A stretch of DNA of 64,000 nucleotides from the human T2T-CHM13v2.0 reference genome, Homo sapiens, in the NCBI RefSeq assembly GCF_009914755.1, contig NC_060941.1. One strand, 5' to 3'. Under the pieces are notes generated by a model. That model did not search any database. It saw only the letters and a list, made by a program, of their open reading frames with translations, and was not told the DNA's origin. A program made the position numbers and the translations under genes. This document shows, piece after piece, positions 1 to 27,031 of the stretch (its first letter is position 1; the number at the start of each line of letters is the position of its first letter).

Positions 1-380
1 GGAATGCTACTCAGCAGTGAAAACAACAGGCTACTGATACGCACCATGACATGGATGAATCTCATAGATGTTTTATTGAGTGAAATAAGGCAGACACAAT
101 AGTGCCTACTATATATTTCCATTTATATGAAGTTCCAGCACAAGCAAAACTAATTTATAATGATAAAACTCAGATTCTTCGTTGCCTGGAACCAGGCATG
201 GTAGAAAGATTGAATAAAAGGGCATGAGGGAGCTTCCTGGGTGCTGCCAATATTCTCTATCTTGATTGGGTGGTGGTTACCAGAATGGAGTTATTTGTCA
301 AAACTCATTCACCTGGATGCTTAAAATAGGTGAATTTTATTGCATGTAAATTATACCTCAGTAAAGTTGATTTTTTTAAA
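1..380 (+). mobile_element. Old L1M 3' end fragment
   Basis: catggatgaatctc...ccatttatatgaag...tgtaaattatacctc motifs typical of the L1MB/MC/ME 3' UTR. Confidence 0.75.
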
Positions 381-393
381 AACCTTTCTCTGA

Positions 394-538
394 GGGTGGG
401 TGCAGTGGCTCACGCTTATAATCCCAACACTTTGGGAGGCCAAGGCAAAAGGATCACTTGAGAGCAGGAGTTCGAGTCTAACTTGGGCAATACAGTGAGA
501 CCCTATCTCTAAAAAATAAAAGTAAATAAATACATAAA
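394..538 (+). mobile_element. Alu monomer (FLAM-like)
   Basis: Single left-arm monomer with A tail; imperfect TSD aaaa(c/g)ctttctctg. Confidence 0.8.
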
Positions 539-559
539 TGAAAAGCTTTCTCTGGATGC

Positions 560-1130
560 AGAATGGAGAATGGATTGGCAAAAGCAATGAGTAGATGTAG
601 GAATTCTAGTGTGGAGCCTATTGCCATAATCCAGGCGAGAGACAATGATGGCTTGGACTCTAATAATAGCAGTGGAAATATAAAGGGTAAAGGGTTTGGA
701 GATGTGTGAGATGTAAAATGGTGATGGGATGGACATGGGTTGTGACGGAAAGAGAGGAGGTAGGGATGCTCCCTGGGTTTCTGATTTGTAATCTAGTTGG
801 GTGCTGGTGGCAATCTCTGAGAAAAGAACCATGAGGAGGGTTAAATTTGTTGTGGTGGGATCTAGGGAGGCCTTACATTTAATTTTGGATGCATTAGATT
901 CAAGGTGCCTGTGAGAAAGTCAAGTCTTTATACTTAGAAAGTAGTTGGATATACAGGTCTGAAAGTTGAGCTGAGACATCAATTTGTGAGCCATAAACAG
1001 GTGGTAACTGAAGGCGTAGGAATGGATGAGCTCATCTAGGAAGAGAGACTAAGTTGGGAAGAAGAAGTGATCTTGAGTTGAGCTTCAAAGAGCCTCTCAC
1101 CTTTTCAGGCAGAGGAAGAGGAATAAGAAA
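560..1130 (-). mobile_element. L2 fragment
   Basis: taatccaggcgagagacaatgatggcttggac motif and purine-rich antisense L2 pattern. Confidence 0.6.
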
Positions 1131-1237
1131 ATTGGACTGAAAAGTAATGGCCACCGAGATGTGGGCAGCCAGGAGAACGTGTTATCACTTGAATGTTACC
1201 CATTCATTATCTGGTTTCCCGATACACTGTGTTGTTT

Positions 1238-1547
<310 letters not shown>

Positions 1548-1641
1548 CCCTTTGGTTTTAAGAGCAGCTGATCTTGCCTGCTGGCTGCCAAGTCTTCTCA
1601 CCTTCTCTGAATCTCAGGCTTGCTATGTAGAAATGAGACCA

Positions 1642-1645
<4 letters not shown>

Positions 1646-1702
<57 letters not shown>
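1646..1702. repeat. (TG)~28 microsatellite
   Basis: Perfect dinucleotide run. Confidence 0.97.
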
Positions 1703-1705
<3 letters not shown>

Positions 1706-2243
1706 AAATCTGGACTCCTTCTATGACTGCCTTTCCTGTTTGTTCTGACCCATGAAGCAGGTATGGTTCTTTCGTGTTCCTCAAGCGTATCAAATGTTAC
1801 TGAGTGCTTCCTATCGCTAAGTGCTGGGCTGCACTGTCTAGCCTCTAGGAGCTTGGACTCTAATCAGGAAGCCAAGGCACATACCCTAACTCCACAGAGT
1901 GCCAAGAGGCTGGCACGATGCAATTACTGCACCTTTGGAACCAACCCTGGGAGCGAGGTCAGTGCAGGTTCCTAAGGCAGGAAGACCTGAGCTGAGCCTT
2001 GTCCTAGATCTTTGGAGAACATTAATGCCAGGCCACGATGCTGAACCTCAGCATCAGTCCCAGAAAGTTCAGGACTGGATGCTGGCTGCAGACACAGTCT
2101 CCATGGTGAGCAAGAGCCAAGTATCTAGAGCCAAAAGTATCCACGCTCATCTGGGGAGCGGTTAACTGGCATCACTCACAGCCTGTTTGCTGGCAGCCGA
2201 AAGGTGGATGATAGGTGTATGTGGCCACTTGGGAAAGGAATTA

Positions 2244-2558
<315 letters not shown>

Positions 2559-4390
2559 TCAGCCATTTTGGGGAATGCCCAGGACTCAGTATTATGTAAC
2601 TTGTTTTTCTTATTCTCCCAGGCTGTAAGTATTTTGAGAGGGGGCAGTGTGTGTCCTATGTGACTGAGCTGGCCATATGTACTATGGTGAATTCTGAGCA
2701 CCTGACCGAGGCATGCAGTCAGCGTCCAGGTGGACTCTAGTTCTTCCTTCTCTAGAAAGGCTAACCCTGTGTGCTTGGAATACAAAGGAACTGGCACAGT
2801 CTGGGATTTTTTCTTCTCTCTTCCCACTCTCCCTGTTCTTCCTATTTTTCATCTCTAACATGACCTGGCTGCCACTCTTTGTGTGCCACCTTTGCCCTGT
2901 AGCAGAAGGAACCCTTCTGTTAGCATATTTAGGTAGTCTTGCACCAGATGAGAAGCTAAATGGCTTGAATGACTTGACAAAGCCTATATGGCCAGCAAGT
3001 GGCAGGTCCCAAAATATTTCGGACTCCAAATAGTGTGCCTTTGACACATCTGTCATTGTCTTGCTGAAGCAGGCAGAGCTCTGTGTGCCCTGCCTTCCAG
3101 AACTTTCTGTGCTCATGGGCACCACAGTCCCGCTTCTGGGCAGGGCCCACCCTGACCTGAGATGTGTGTGTGGCTGACCTCTTGGGAAACCCTGAAGCCA
3201 GTGTCTGAGGCACCCCATCATTTTCAAGGAACAGGAATAACTGGAGAAACAAATCTTTCAAAGTGGCTCCACCTTTTGAGGTAACTGGGAGTGCATTTTC
3301 TTGGGGTGACTCAGTCAGGAAAGTCCCCGATTATGTACTTAAGGAGTCCTTTTCTCTCCTTTTGTGGTAGTCTGCAAATAGCAGAGAGAAGCCCCTCACT
3401 CTCGATGCTCCCTGGGTACCTCCCTATGGCCCTGCTGCTGCCGACTGCTTCAACACATTCTTCTGTCCCTGCTGTTTAGATGCCGTGTTGTAGGAGCCTG
3501 TTGCTAAGGTGTGTTCTGCTGTGTCTTCCACCACCTTTAAACAAGCAGCTCATGTTCCTTTTCTCTCCCCTGGAATGGGTCACTGTGTAAGCCTTTTTCA
3601 TAGTTCAAGATTCCAGGATTGCCCCCAAATAGGCCAGACCCACCCCCACTCCCCACTCCCAGGCATCACGTCTCAGGTATCAAGGGTGAGAGGTCACTGG
3701 GGCCCCCTCAGTTCCACTCTCAGTGACCTGGAGCCTGAGCAAACATTTCCTGCCTTCTGCAGTGTCCTGGAGAGGCGAGTCCTCTGCCCGCAGCTGCTTC
3801 CCTCCCCAGGGGGCCTGGAATTCCCCCAGTCTTCAGTGGAGAATGGAGAGACAGTTTATGCCCTCTGAGTTCTATTAGGGCATAATGACTCGCAGCTTTA
3901 AATGCAGACAGAAGCTATTAAAAGCAGTGAAAGCGATTCTTTTTTTTTCTTTTTCTTTTTGTATATTGCCCTTTTGGAAGTAGGAAAGTGACAGGGTCTT
4001 TGAGGTTTGCAAAGGTTTAAGTGCGCCTTGGCACACCTCTTGGCGGAAGGTGTTTAGTGCATCCCAGGAGGCAAGATTGAAGCTGGGGCCAAAGCAGGCA
4101 AACCTGAGGTTTTTGGGCAGGCACTTGCCTGGGCTAGGAGGGCTGGCTCTGCCTTCGAATACAGAACATGAATGGAAAGCAGCCATGGTAGCAGGAGTAA
4201 TAATGATGATGATGACGATGCTGGCACCCACTGACATTTATGGAGCTCATTAATAATGTCCCTGGTACTATACAAAGTTCTTATTGACATACGTTATCTC
4301 ATTAGTCCATTCTTTCCTAATCCTATGAAGCAAACACTTTACTGAGCCCCATCTCACAGGTGAAGAAATGGAAGTTTAGAGATATTAAGT

Positions 4391-5632
<1,242 letters not shown>

Positions 5633-5817
5633 AGTAAATTTGGCCAAAGTCTCAACTGCTAAGTAAAAAAAATGTAGACTTCCCACTTGGCCATCTGGCT
5701 CCAACCCTACACTCCCTGTTTGGCTCTTGTGGGGTCAGCCTAGGCTCAACTCCATTGATGAACTTGGAAGCATGATTTTATCACCTGTACATTTGAAATA
5801 ATAATCATGTTTACCTA

Positions 5818-6415
5818 TGTTGACAAAAGGAGTCAAACTCTGTAACATATTTGAAGATATTCATCCTGAGCCAAATATGAGTGACCAATGGTCTGTGACA
5901 CAGCTCTCAGGAGACCCTGAGAACATGTGCCCAAGGTGGTTGGGGTACAGCCTAGTATACATTTTAGGGAGACATGAGACATCAATCAAATACATGTAAG
6001 ATGTAATTTGGTTTGGTCTGGAAAGGTGGGACAACTGGAAACCAGGGCTTCCAGGTCATAGGTAGATTCAAAGATTTTCTGATTGGCAGTTGGTTGAAAG
6101 AGTCAAGTTATTGTCTAAAGACTTAGGAATGTCTGGGTTAAGATAAGAGGTGGTGGAAACCAAGGTTTTATCATGTGGGTAAAGCCTCCAGGGAGGAGGT
6201 TTTGGAGAGAACAGATTGTAAATGTTTCTAATCAGACTGAAAGAGTCTGCTGTATCAGTAATTCCAAAAGGGAGGAAGTTATAATGAGCCATGTCTGACC
6301 TCCCTTCCCATCATGGCCTGAACTGGTTTTTCAGGTTAACTTTGGAATGCCCTTTGCTGAGAGGAGGGATCCATTCAGATTGTTGGGGGGCTTAGGATTT
6401 TATTTCTGGTTTACA
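5818..6415 (-). mobile_element. Solo ERV1 LTR, MER4A-like
   Basis: TG...CA termini; minus strand begins TGTAAACCAGAAATAAAATCCTAAG; 4-bp TSD ccta/gcta. Confidence 0.8.
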
Positions 6416-6505
6416 GCTAGTATGGGTATGGCAAGGATGGTGTGGGGTAATCCACAAAATGCTTGAAATGGTGAGTAGCACGGCATCCGTGCTCACTGTA
6501 TTTTC

Positions 6506-6515
6506 GCTGACTCAT
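6506..6515 (-). promoter_or_regulatory. NRF2/sMAF-type antioxidant response element with AP-1 core; GC box at 6621-6628
   Basis: Minus strand reads ATGAGTCAGC followed by GAAAATA; adjacent TGCTGAC half-site at 6515-6521. Motif match only. Confidence 0.55.
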
Positions 6516-6708
6516 GCTGACTGCAGCCCCAGGAGGGCACGGGCTCACCGCCAACCCTTCGTGCCTCCCGGCTGGTTTCTGAGATCAGCCACAGAAGTTA
6601 AACTTCTTTCCAGGGAAGAAGGGCGGGGATGTCAGGGCTGGAGAGTGCCCGTGTCCTTCTGTGTGCATTGGGCTCCTTCCTCCTTAATTCTCTGCTTTCC
6701 ACTTTTAG

Positions 6709-6804
6709 GCTGAACTCCAGTGCACCCAGTTAGACTTGGAGCGGAAACTCAAGTTGAATGAAAATGCCATCTCCAGGCTCCAGGCTAACCAAAAGTCTGT
6801 TCTG
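6709..6804 (+). CDS. TRIM16L: TRIM16L 96-nt coiled-coil exon ([32 protein letters not shown]); upstream of ATG 12029, so coding only if an upstream ATG is spliced on
   Basis: ttttag|GCT acceptor and CTG|gtaaga donor. Phase 0-0, in frame with the next exon. Typical TRIM 96-nt exon. Confidence 0.85.
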
Positions 6805-7381
6805 GTAAGACCAGCCTGGGTCAGCCAGGCCTGTGAGGGTGTGGGACGTGGTACTGCATGCCTAGCCTCCATTCCTGTAGGTTCCTTGGGGTTTCTCCAC
6901 AAATGAGAATTGTAGGTACAGTTGACTACACCGTGGGGTAGCCTCACCTTGATGTCAGGATTTGTTATGAAATTAGTTTAAGTTTTAAACCTGGCAAGTG
7001 ATTTGCTTTTTAATAATATAAATTAGAACCAAGACTAATCCTGTAATAACAACATTCTTATTTCTACATTTGCTTATGCTGTCTTGACAGGGTGTATGTG
7101 TGTGGGGGGCTGGGAGTTTAGTCAGAGGTCCAAAAACTATACGTAATCTTGGCTTCTTCCATTATAAGAGGGTGTTCTGCATGTGAGTCTCACCAGTCCT
7201 ATGACCTGGCAGCTGGAAAAAAGGAGTTGAGAACTCAGGATTAGTGATGGTATTTGAGAAGGCCATGGTGTGCCAGGCTAAGTAGGCAGTAAATGGTCTC
7301 CAAGTGGATTCTGAGGAGTTCTACAAATGCCTCTCGTCAGTGGCAAGCCAGTAACCACCACTCAGAAGAGAATGCAAAACA

Positions 7382-7688
<307 letters not shown>

Positions 7689-9349
7689 CTACCCTATGGA
7701 AGTGAATCAGCATTGTCATCTTTATATCCTGAGAATAAATGATTCCATCCATCATCCATCCATCCATTCATCTACCCCTAATGCATGTATTCATTTCAAC
7801 TTAATTTTCACCTCCTGGGTGTTTACAACCAACTAGCTACTGAAGGATGAAACACCTCTTTCTTACCCACAATATCTTATTAAAGGAAGAAAGAGAATTA
7901 TCCCTTTAAAGTCTTATAAACCTTCAGAGATAATGGATTTCCAGGCTCAAGATAACCTGTAGAACCACATGGAGGGTCTTGTGTTTCCCAGCTCTTTAAT
8001 TTTCAGACACTTTGATCCCTCCTCAGTTCTCATAAGTACATGATGACCAGGGGAGTTGGTTATTACAATAGCTACCATGCACAAGGGGCATGAAGACATG
8101 GAGAGATGACAATACTTGTCTAGGGCCATCTAGATTGGTGGAATGTGAGAACCTAGAGTTGTTGCTCCCTTGACCTAAGAATGACTCAGTATATTGATAG
8201 GCATGTACACCACCCTCAAATCTTTAAACCATTACCTGCAGGCTCCTTGAATGTATTGAGGCCTCTCCTCTCTGTACTATTTCTGCTTGTCATCATTTTC
8301 GTGGTAAGTAATGCCCTTTGCACATTACATTTACATGCAAGAAAGAAGTGTTTCTCAAGGGGAGGGTTTAGGAATGAGGGCCAGGCCACAGCAGAAGTCA
8401 ACCTCAATCCACCAATATCATCTGACACCTCCCTTCCACTATCCTTTCTCAGGATGGCCTCAGTTGGGGCCGGGGGTGAGGATTTGGATCCGGAGTTTGT
8501 CTTTAGTCTCATGCCTCTTAGCCTCATGCTATCGTGCTTCTATGAGGAACTTACAGGTCATAATTGTAGACAGGATTCTGCTCCTTTCCCACAACACCCT
8601 CATGCTGGTTCCCATGCTGTGTCCTGCTCCTGCTTTCTGGAGGTCATCGGGAGCGGGCACTGCAGGCAGGGAGCACTCTGTGGCCTCTGTGACTCCTAGA
8701 GCCTGGCTCCCTGGAGCCTGAGTGGGCATGAAGGGTGAGTAAGCCGGGGAACTAGGACACGTTAGCTAATGCAGAGCCTGGATCAAACACCACCACCACC
8801 ATTTGCCCCCGCTCCCAAATGGTTATAAGCAAAACTCTCCTGTCTTCTGAGGTAGATTTCTTCATCATTACTTCTTTGCCATATGGAAATGTAATTTGAC
8901 TTTTAGATTTAAATCTAGTAATGATTAATATATCAGAATTTACAGTGTTTGCAATGTCAAGGAGGCAACACCTGTAAACAGTTGGTTCAGGAATTGCTGG
9001 GAGTCTTGGCCTCTTTCCCTCTTGGTCGCCTGCTCAGCAGCAGCCTGTGTATTTATAGTCCATTATGGGCATAGGATGTTACCCTAACTGGTGCCCACAG
9101 TGAACAAGGGGCTAAGCCCTGTCTCTCGTCTGGTCTTAGGAGGGCTTCTGTTTAATGGGCTGAACTTAAAGGTCCTTCCCTGCAACCCCCACACAGCCAC
9201 AGCCCATGGGCTGAAAGCTCAGCTGAACTCCCATTGTACCTCCCCAGCTCATCCTAGTGAATGTGCCAGGGCCCAGAGGGAGAGGTCAGGCTGTGCCAGC
9301 TCAGTGCTATACTGCAGGCACATGGATCCCCAACCCTGGGCCCTATTTT

Positions 9350-9575
9350 GAGGCAGTGTGGAGTGGTGGTCAAAGGGCTGGACTCCAGAGACAGACAGTC
9401 TTGGTTCAAACCTTGCTGTGTGATCTTGGGCAAATCAGTCCATTTATCACTGTCTCAGTTTCCTTATCTAAGAAATGGAGACCCTAATAGTACCTACCTT
9501 TTAGGGTTGCTAGGAGAAAAGTGCCTGGCACATAGTAAGAACTTACTACATGTTGGTTGTTTTTATGATTATTGT
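9350..9575 (+). mobile_element. MIR
   Basis: tgtgtgatcttgggcaa...tctcagtttccttatct MIR core. Confidence 0.8.
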
Positions 9576-10171
9576 TATATAATTAGAAGAGTGACCAGGC
9601 TAGCAGCAGAGAGTCCTCATTCTCAGGAGAGTGGGAAGAGGGAGAGAGGTGAAGTGTCAGAGGGCTGCAGAGCCAATACCTGGCAGAGCCCCAGGCAGCA
9701 GGTTTGCCACTTGGGGGGCCTGGGTGGGGCCCAGGTAGCTTTCCTGGTTCTCAGGTCTTCATTTCAGACAGTGCTCTGAGCCTCCCATCCACAGTCCAGA
9801 GCCCATTCTCTGCCTGCCTCCTTCTCTACTATTGTCCCCACCTGCAGTCTTTCTGAGCAGCTGGTTAAGGTGCTACTATTCCTCCTCCCAAGGGTGAGGG
9901 CCAGCCCTGAACAACAGGGCTCCGGAGGGAGCCACAAAACCAGATAGCCTCAGGTTTCCCAAATCGCCTCTCCTGCTGCCCTGGCTTCTCAACACCGTCA
10001 CCTGTCTAAAAGCTTTTCTTGGTGTGGGCTGGAAGAATTTGGATAAAGTCTACCATCCCCGCTCTTCCTTAATCCTATTACCACAGCTTCTTTGCTCCCA
10101 GCTCTGTCCAGCTACCTAACCTCAAGGAAGCCAACAGGCGATGGAAAAGTTGGCATAAAAATGAGAATGTA

Positions 10172-10484
10172 GGCTGGACGTAATCCCACCTGTAATAACA
10201 CCTGTAATCCCAGCACTTTGGGAGGCCAAGGACGGCAGATTGCTTGAGGCCAGGAGTTTGAGACCAGCCTGGGCAACGTAGTAAGCTCCTATCTCTACAA
10301 AAAATATAAAAATTAGTTGGGCATGAAGGCATGCACCTGTGGTTTCTGCTACTTCGGAGGCTGAGGTGGAAGATCGTTTGAGCCTGGGATGTCAAAGCTG
10401 CAGTGAGCCAAGATTGTGTCACTCCAACCTGGCAACAGAGGAGACCTTGTCTCAAAAAAAAAAAAAAAAAAAAAAAAGAGAGAG
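10172..10484 (+). mobile_element. AluJ-like, with stuttered 5' end
   Basis: TSD gagaatgtagg; 5' end reads gtaatcccacctgtaataacacctgtaatccc. Confidence 0.85.
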
Positions 10485-10713
10485 AGAGAATGTAGGGAGA
10501 TTGTCTGTGTCTTCCCACCATCCCCCTCCAGTAGGGATACCCCTTGCTTTCTTTCCCCTGCTTATTCTTCCCTTTGCCACCAGATTGAAGACTGATCAGA
10601 GACCATTCTCGTGGAGTGAATTGCTGAGCCCTGGCCTAAGCCAGGGCCTGAGCCAGGCAGAAGACCTATCTGGTGTCATCATTTTTTCTTCCCATCTCCC
10701 TCCAAACCTCTAG

Positions 10714-11234
<521 letters not shown>

Positions 11235-12028
11235 TGTCTACACCAATTCTTAAGAATACCAGAGAAGAGGAAACCTTCAGAGCTTGGAAAGATGTTGTAA
11301 ACATGATATTGATTGAAGGCATTCATAGAGGATGCTTACCATGCAAAAGAGTCCACATGCATGTCCCCCATCATTCAAAACCTTAATGTTTCTCACATGG
11401 GTTTTCTTTTATATTTTATTTGAATGTCACATTCTGTTCTGCATATACATGCTTGTCCTGGAATTGCTTGGGTGCCATGGTCATCTGCACCCTAAACATT
11501 TTATGGGGATTCTGTATGTGGTAGAGACAGTATCATCTTAGACATGCATTTGGCTCTGATGGACTCAGTGGTCAGTTTAACCGGGCATAATGAAATGCTA
11601 AGAAAGCTAATTCATGCTGATTATACAAAAAAAAAAAAAAGCCAAATTCTTTACCTCTTGAAATATGACTATCAAGTAGACTGAATACACGCATTGCTCT
11701 GGTAGGAAAATCAGTTTCGGAAACTTGACTAACAATCCCAGAGTGTCAGAGTTGTGAGGGATCTCGGAGGTCATAGAGGAATTCACTGTCTCATCAAATG
11801 GATGAGGAGACCAAGTTAATACGTAAATCCTTTTTCCAGGAACCTGGAATTCACATGAGAATAAAGGATTCCTTTTACAATAGGGAACTGCTCCCTAATA
11901 TATGTGTTTCTGACATTTCTGTATGTTGAGCTTCTATCAAGTTGGATGCCTCACTAAGAAATGTTTGGCTGCCTTCCACCCCCACCCCCCGCCAGGTGTC
12001 GGTGTCAGAGGTCAAAGCAGTGGCTGAA

Positions 12029-19614
<7,586 letters not shown>

Positions 19615-19718
19615 ACTCCAGGAGCCATATCCCAGACCTTTGCCAGCTACAGTGATGGGATTTGCATTTTAGGGTGATTTGGGGGCAAAAATAACTGCTG
19701 ATGGTAGCTGGCTTTTGA

Positions 19719-20104
<386 letters not shown>

Positions 20105-20245
20105 TGTTTGTAGTAATTTTTAGGCACCAAATCTCCCTCATCTTCTAGTGCCATTCTCCTCTCTGTTCAGGTAAATGTCACACTGTGCCCAGAATGGATG
20201 ACCAGGAACCTTCAAGAGTGGCTGAAAAGATTGCAGAGTTATCAT

Positions 20246-20251
20246 AATAAA
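20246..20251 (+). terminator. TRIM16L polyadenylation signal AATAAA
   Basis: AATAAA about 630 nt after the stop codon, followed by U/GU-rich sequence. Confidence 0.7.
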
Positions 20252-20469
20252 TTGCTAACTTGCGTATTTCCTATGTGCCAGATACCGTTCTTGTGCTTCC
20301 TGCACATTAACTCAGTCCTCACAGAACACCCATTGGGTAGATGCTTATATCATCCTTATTTTGCAGATGGAGAAACTGCGGTCCGGGGCAGTTAGCTAAT
20401 TTGTTCAAGGTCACTCTGGTCACATGGTGAGTGAGGGGCAGAGCTGGGATTCAAGTGTGGGTAGAATGA

Positions 20470-22476
<2,007 letters not shown>

Positions 22477-22706
22477 CTAATAATGAGCTCAAGACAAATT
22501 GGGATCAGCTTGGACTGCCTTATTTTATTGAATCCCTGCGGGTTGTTGGTGCTTGGTCATGGTCATTTTCTTTTCTAAATGTTCACAAAATATTTGATAA
22601 ACCACTTTAGATTTCTGCTGTGGGTTAATACCATGTTTACCAGTCTGTTGTTTCCAGAATCTATCTTATTTTTATTTTTAAAAAAATCGAGATGCCTGTC
22701 TGCATT

Positions 22707-22940
22707 TGATACAATTTGGATATTTGTCCCCTCCAAATCTTATGCAGAAATTTGATCTCCCATGTTGGAGGTGGAGCTGGGTGGGAGGTGTTTGGATAAT
22801 GGGTTGGATCCCTCATGAATGGCCATGAAGACACCATGCTTCTTGTATAGCCTGCATAACCATGAGACAAATCAATTTCTTTTCTTCATAAATTACCCAG
22901 CTTCAGGTATTCCTTTATAGCAACACAATGGGACTAAGAC
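22707..22940 (+). mobile_element. MST (MaLR) LTR with internal deletion
   Basis: tgatacaatttggatatttgtcccctccaaatc...caggtattcctttatagcaacac...ctaagaca. Confidence 0.8.
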
Positions 22941-23198
22941 ACCGTCCTCTCTCATTCTCCCTAGTTTCTCAAAGATTCCCACCTGATTTGCAGTCATGTC
23001 ATTAAGTTGTGTCAGATTCCTGAAATGTAATTTACTTAGACCAGAATACTTGAGCTTATATAAAAGGAACCATTTAGGTGTCTCTTTACTTGTCTTGAAC
23101 TTCATTTTCCTGTTAACTTTTTGTCTATTAGCTTTCAAGTTCAAGACCTTTCTTCTTGATATGGAAGAGCAAAGCAGAATTAAGAGTTGGGCATATTT

Positions 23199-23524
23199 GG
23201 GCCGGGTGCGGTGGCTCATGCCTGTAATCCCAGCACTTTGGGAGGCCATGCCTGTAATCCCAGCACTTTGGGAGGCCAAGGCAGGTGGATCATCAGGTCA
23301 GGAGTTCGAGAGCAGCCTGACCAACATGGTGAAACTCTGTCTCTACTGAAAATACAAAAAAATTAGCTGGGCATGGTGGTGCGTGCCTGTAATCCCAGCT
23401 ACTCAGGAGGCTGAGGCAGGAGAATTGCATGAACCCGGAGGCAGAGGTTGCAGTGAGCCGATATTGCACCACTGCACTCCAGCCTGGGTGACAGAGCAAG
23501 ACTCCGTCTCAAAAAAAAAAAAAA
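23199..23524 (+). mobile_element. AluS with internal 30-bp tandem duplication
   Basis: catgcctgtaatcccagcactttgggaggc occurs twice (23217-23276). Confidence 0.9.
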
Positions 23525-24912
23525 GAGTTGGACTTATTTGCCTTCTGTCACTGCCTCAAGCAGTGGGCGCATCTTTTTTCTTTTTCTTGGTCTAAAAACT
23601 GAAAAATGACTAAAACAAATAGAAAAAAAATAGAACAAGGGTTTATTTTATATTCTCTGGCATTTTCCTTAGCTGTGTGTATGCCACTCTTTTGTATTCA
23701 CCCATCCTTATCTTTTCTTCCATTATGTAGACTTACAAAAAAAAAAAAAAACACTGAACAAAAATCTGAATTCACCAAGAGCTCACTTTGGTGCCACATG
23801 ATTCTGCTCCATTACCAGACCATTTGTAATTGCAGAGTCAGAATGTAATTTTAACCACCACGTCCATAATTTATTCTTGTCTCAACTTTTTGAAATCTGA
23901 GTGTATATAGCATTCCTTTCTGAGTATCTTATGAATTATAAGTAAATTCCCACTTTCTCCCAAGAGGCATGATGAAATGATGACAATGGGATTGGCCCAA
24001 TCACGGAGCTCTTATCCCCTCAGTCTGGCTCAGCATGTTTTTGGAATGATGTCCCTAAATTAAGTAGACTAAATATACGTGGCATTTATAATGCGCAAGC
24101 TGCTGTGCTAGACGCTAAGAAAGAGTAACCCAGGAACTAACTAGCTGTGTCATTTGATCACAAGAAGGGGATTTAAACTGAAGTAAAACTGTTCATATGT
24201 GAAGAGCTAAATAGGAATCTGCTCTTCAAGACAATAATAGACAAGGTGATGTATGAAACAGGTTTCTCACTCTGTGTCCTAGGGTGCTGCTGCGTTTTCG
24301 CAGGCCATCTTTAGGGACTGGCTTCTGTCTTGTGTCCTTGAGTGACCTAGTCCCTGGTTTCCCCCCATCTGTGCAGCCACTGCCTCCATTCCAGGGGCCA
24401 CCACTCCAGCCCCAGATGAAAGATGGAAGAAAAGGTAGTGCATGTCTTTCCTGCTTCTCCTGGCTTCCTCAGATTTCAGCACCGACTCCCTCCCTCTGCA
24501 CCTGTGATTAGACATCTTGGCAGCTGGGGAGGAGGCCCTTGCAGGGCAACCTGCTGTTGATATGCCCCCAATATGTCCATGCAGGGCACAGACTGTGCAT
24601 GGCTCGGGTAGAGTGTTGGCCATCCCTGCCTTGCTGGAATGTGCCTAGTTTTTAATCTCTATTTCTGGCTTGCTCTGTAGTCTTGTTGGGAAAATCCCAC
24701 TGTCTCCCAGAAGGAAGTAGTCCAAGTACTGGAAAAGGAGGGAGAACAGATCATTTCATAAGGACCAAGGGTCAATATAGCAGTGGTCAGTCATTTTAGG
24801 TGAAAAACCTTTCCCCCACATTAATAACTTAAGTAGTGACCCTGATGATCACCTGAAAGAAAGTGTGTATATATGTGCATGCGCTGGTTTCTCATGAACA
24901 AAAGCTTTTTAA

Positions 24913-27031
<2,119 letters not shown>

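Noticed and set aside
2682-4290. Overlapping 100-180 aa ORFs in non-repeat sequence; possible TRIM16 B-box exon
   Set aside because: No CxxC/H B-box pattern or recognisable homology, and no coherent splice structure.
8181-9779. 172-aa ORFs at 8181 and 9261
   Set aside because: Intronic with no domain signal; the second runs through a MIR.
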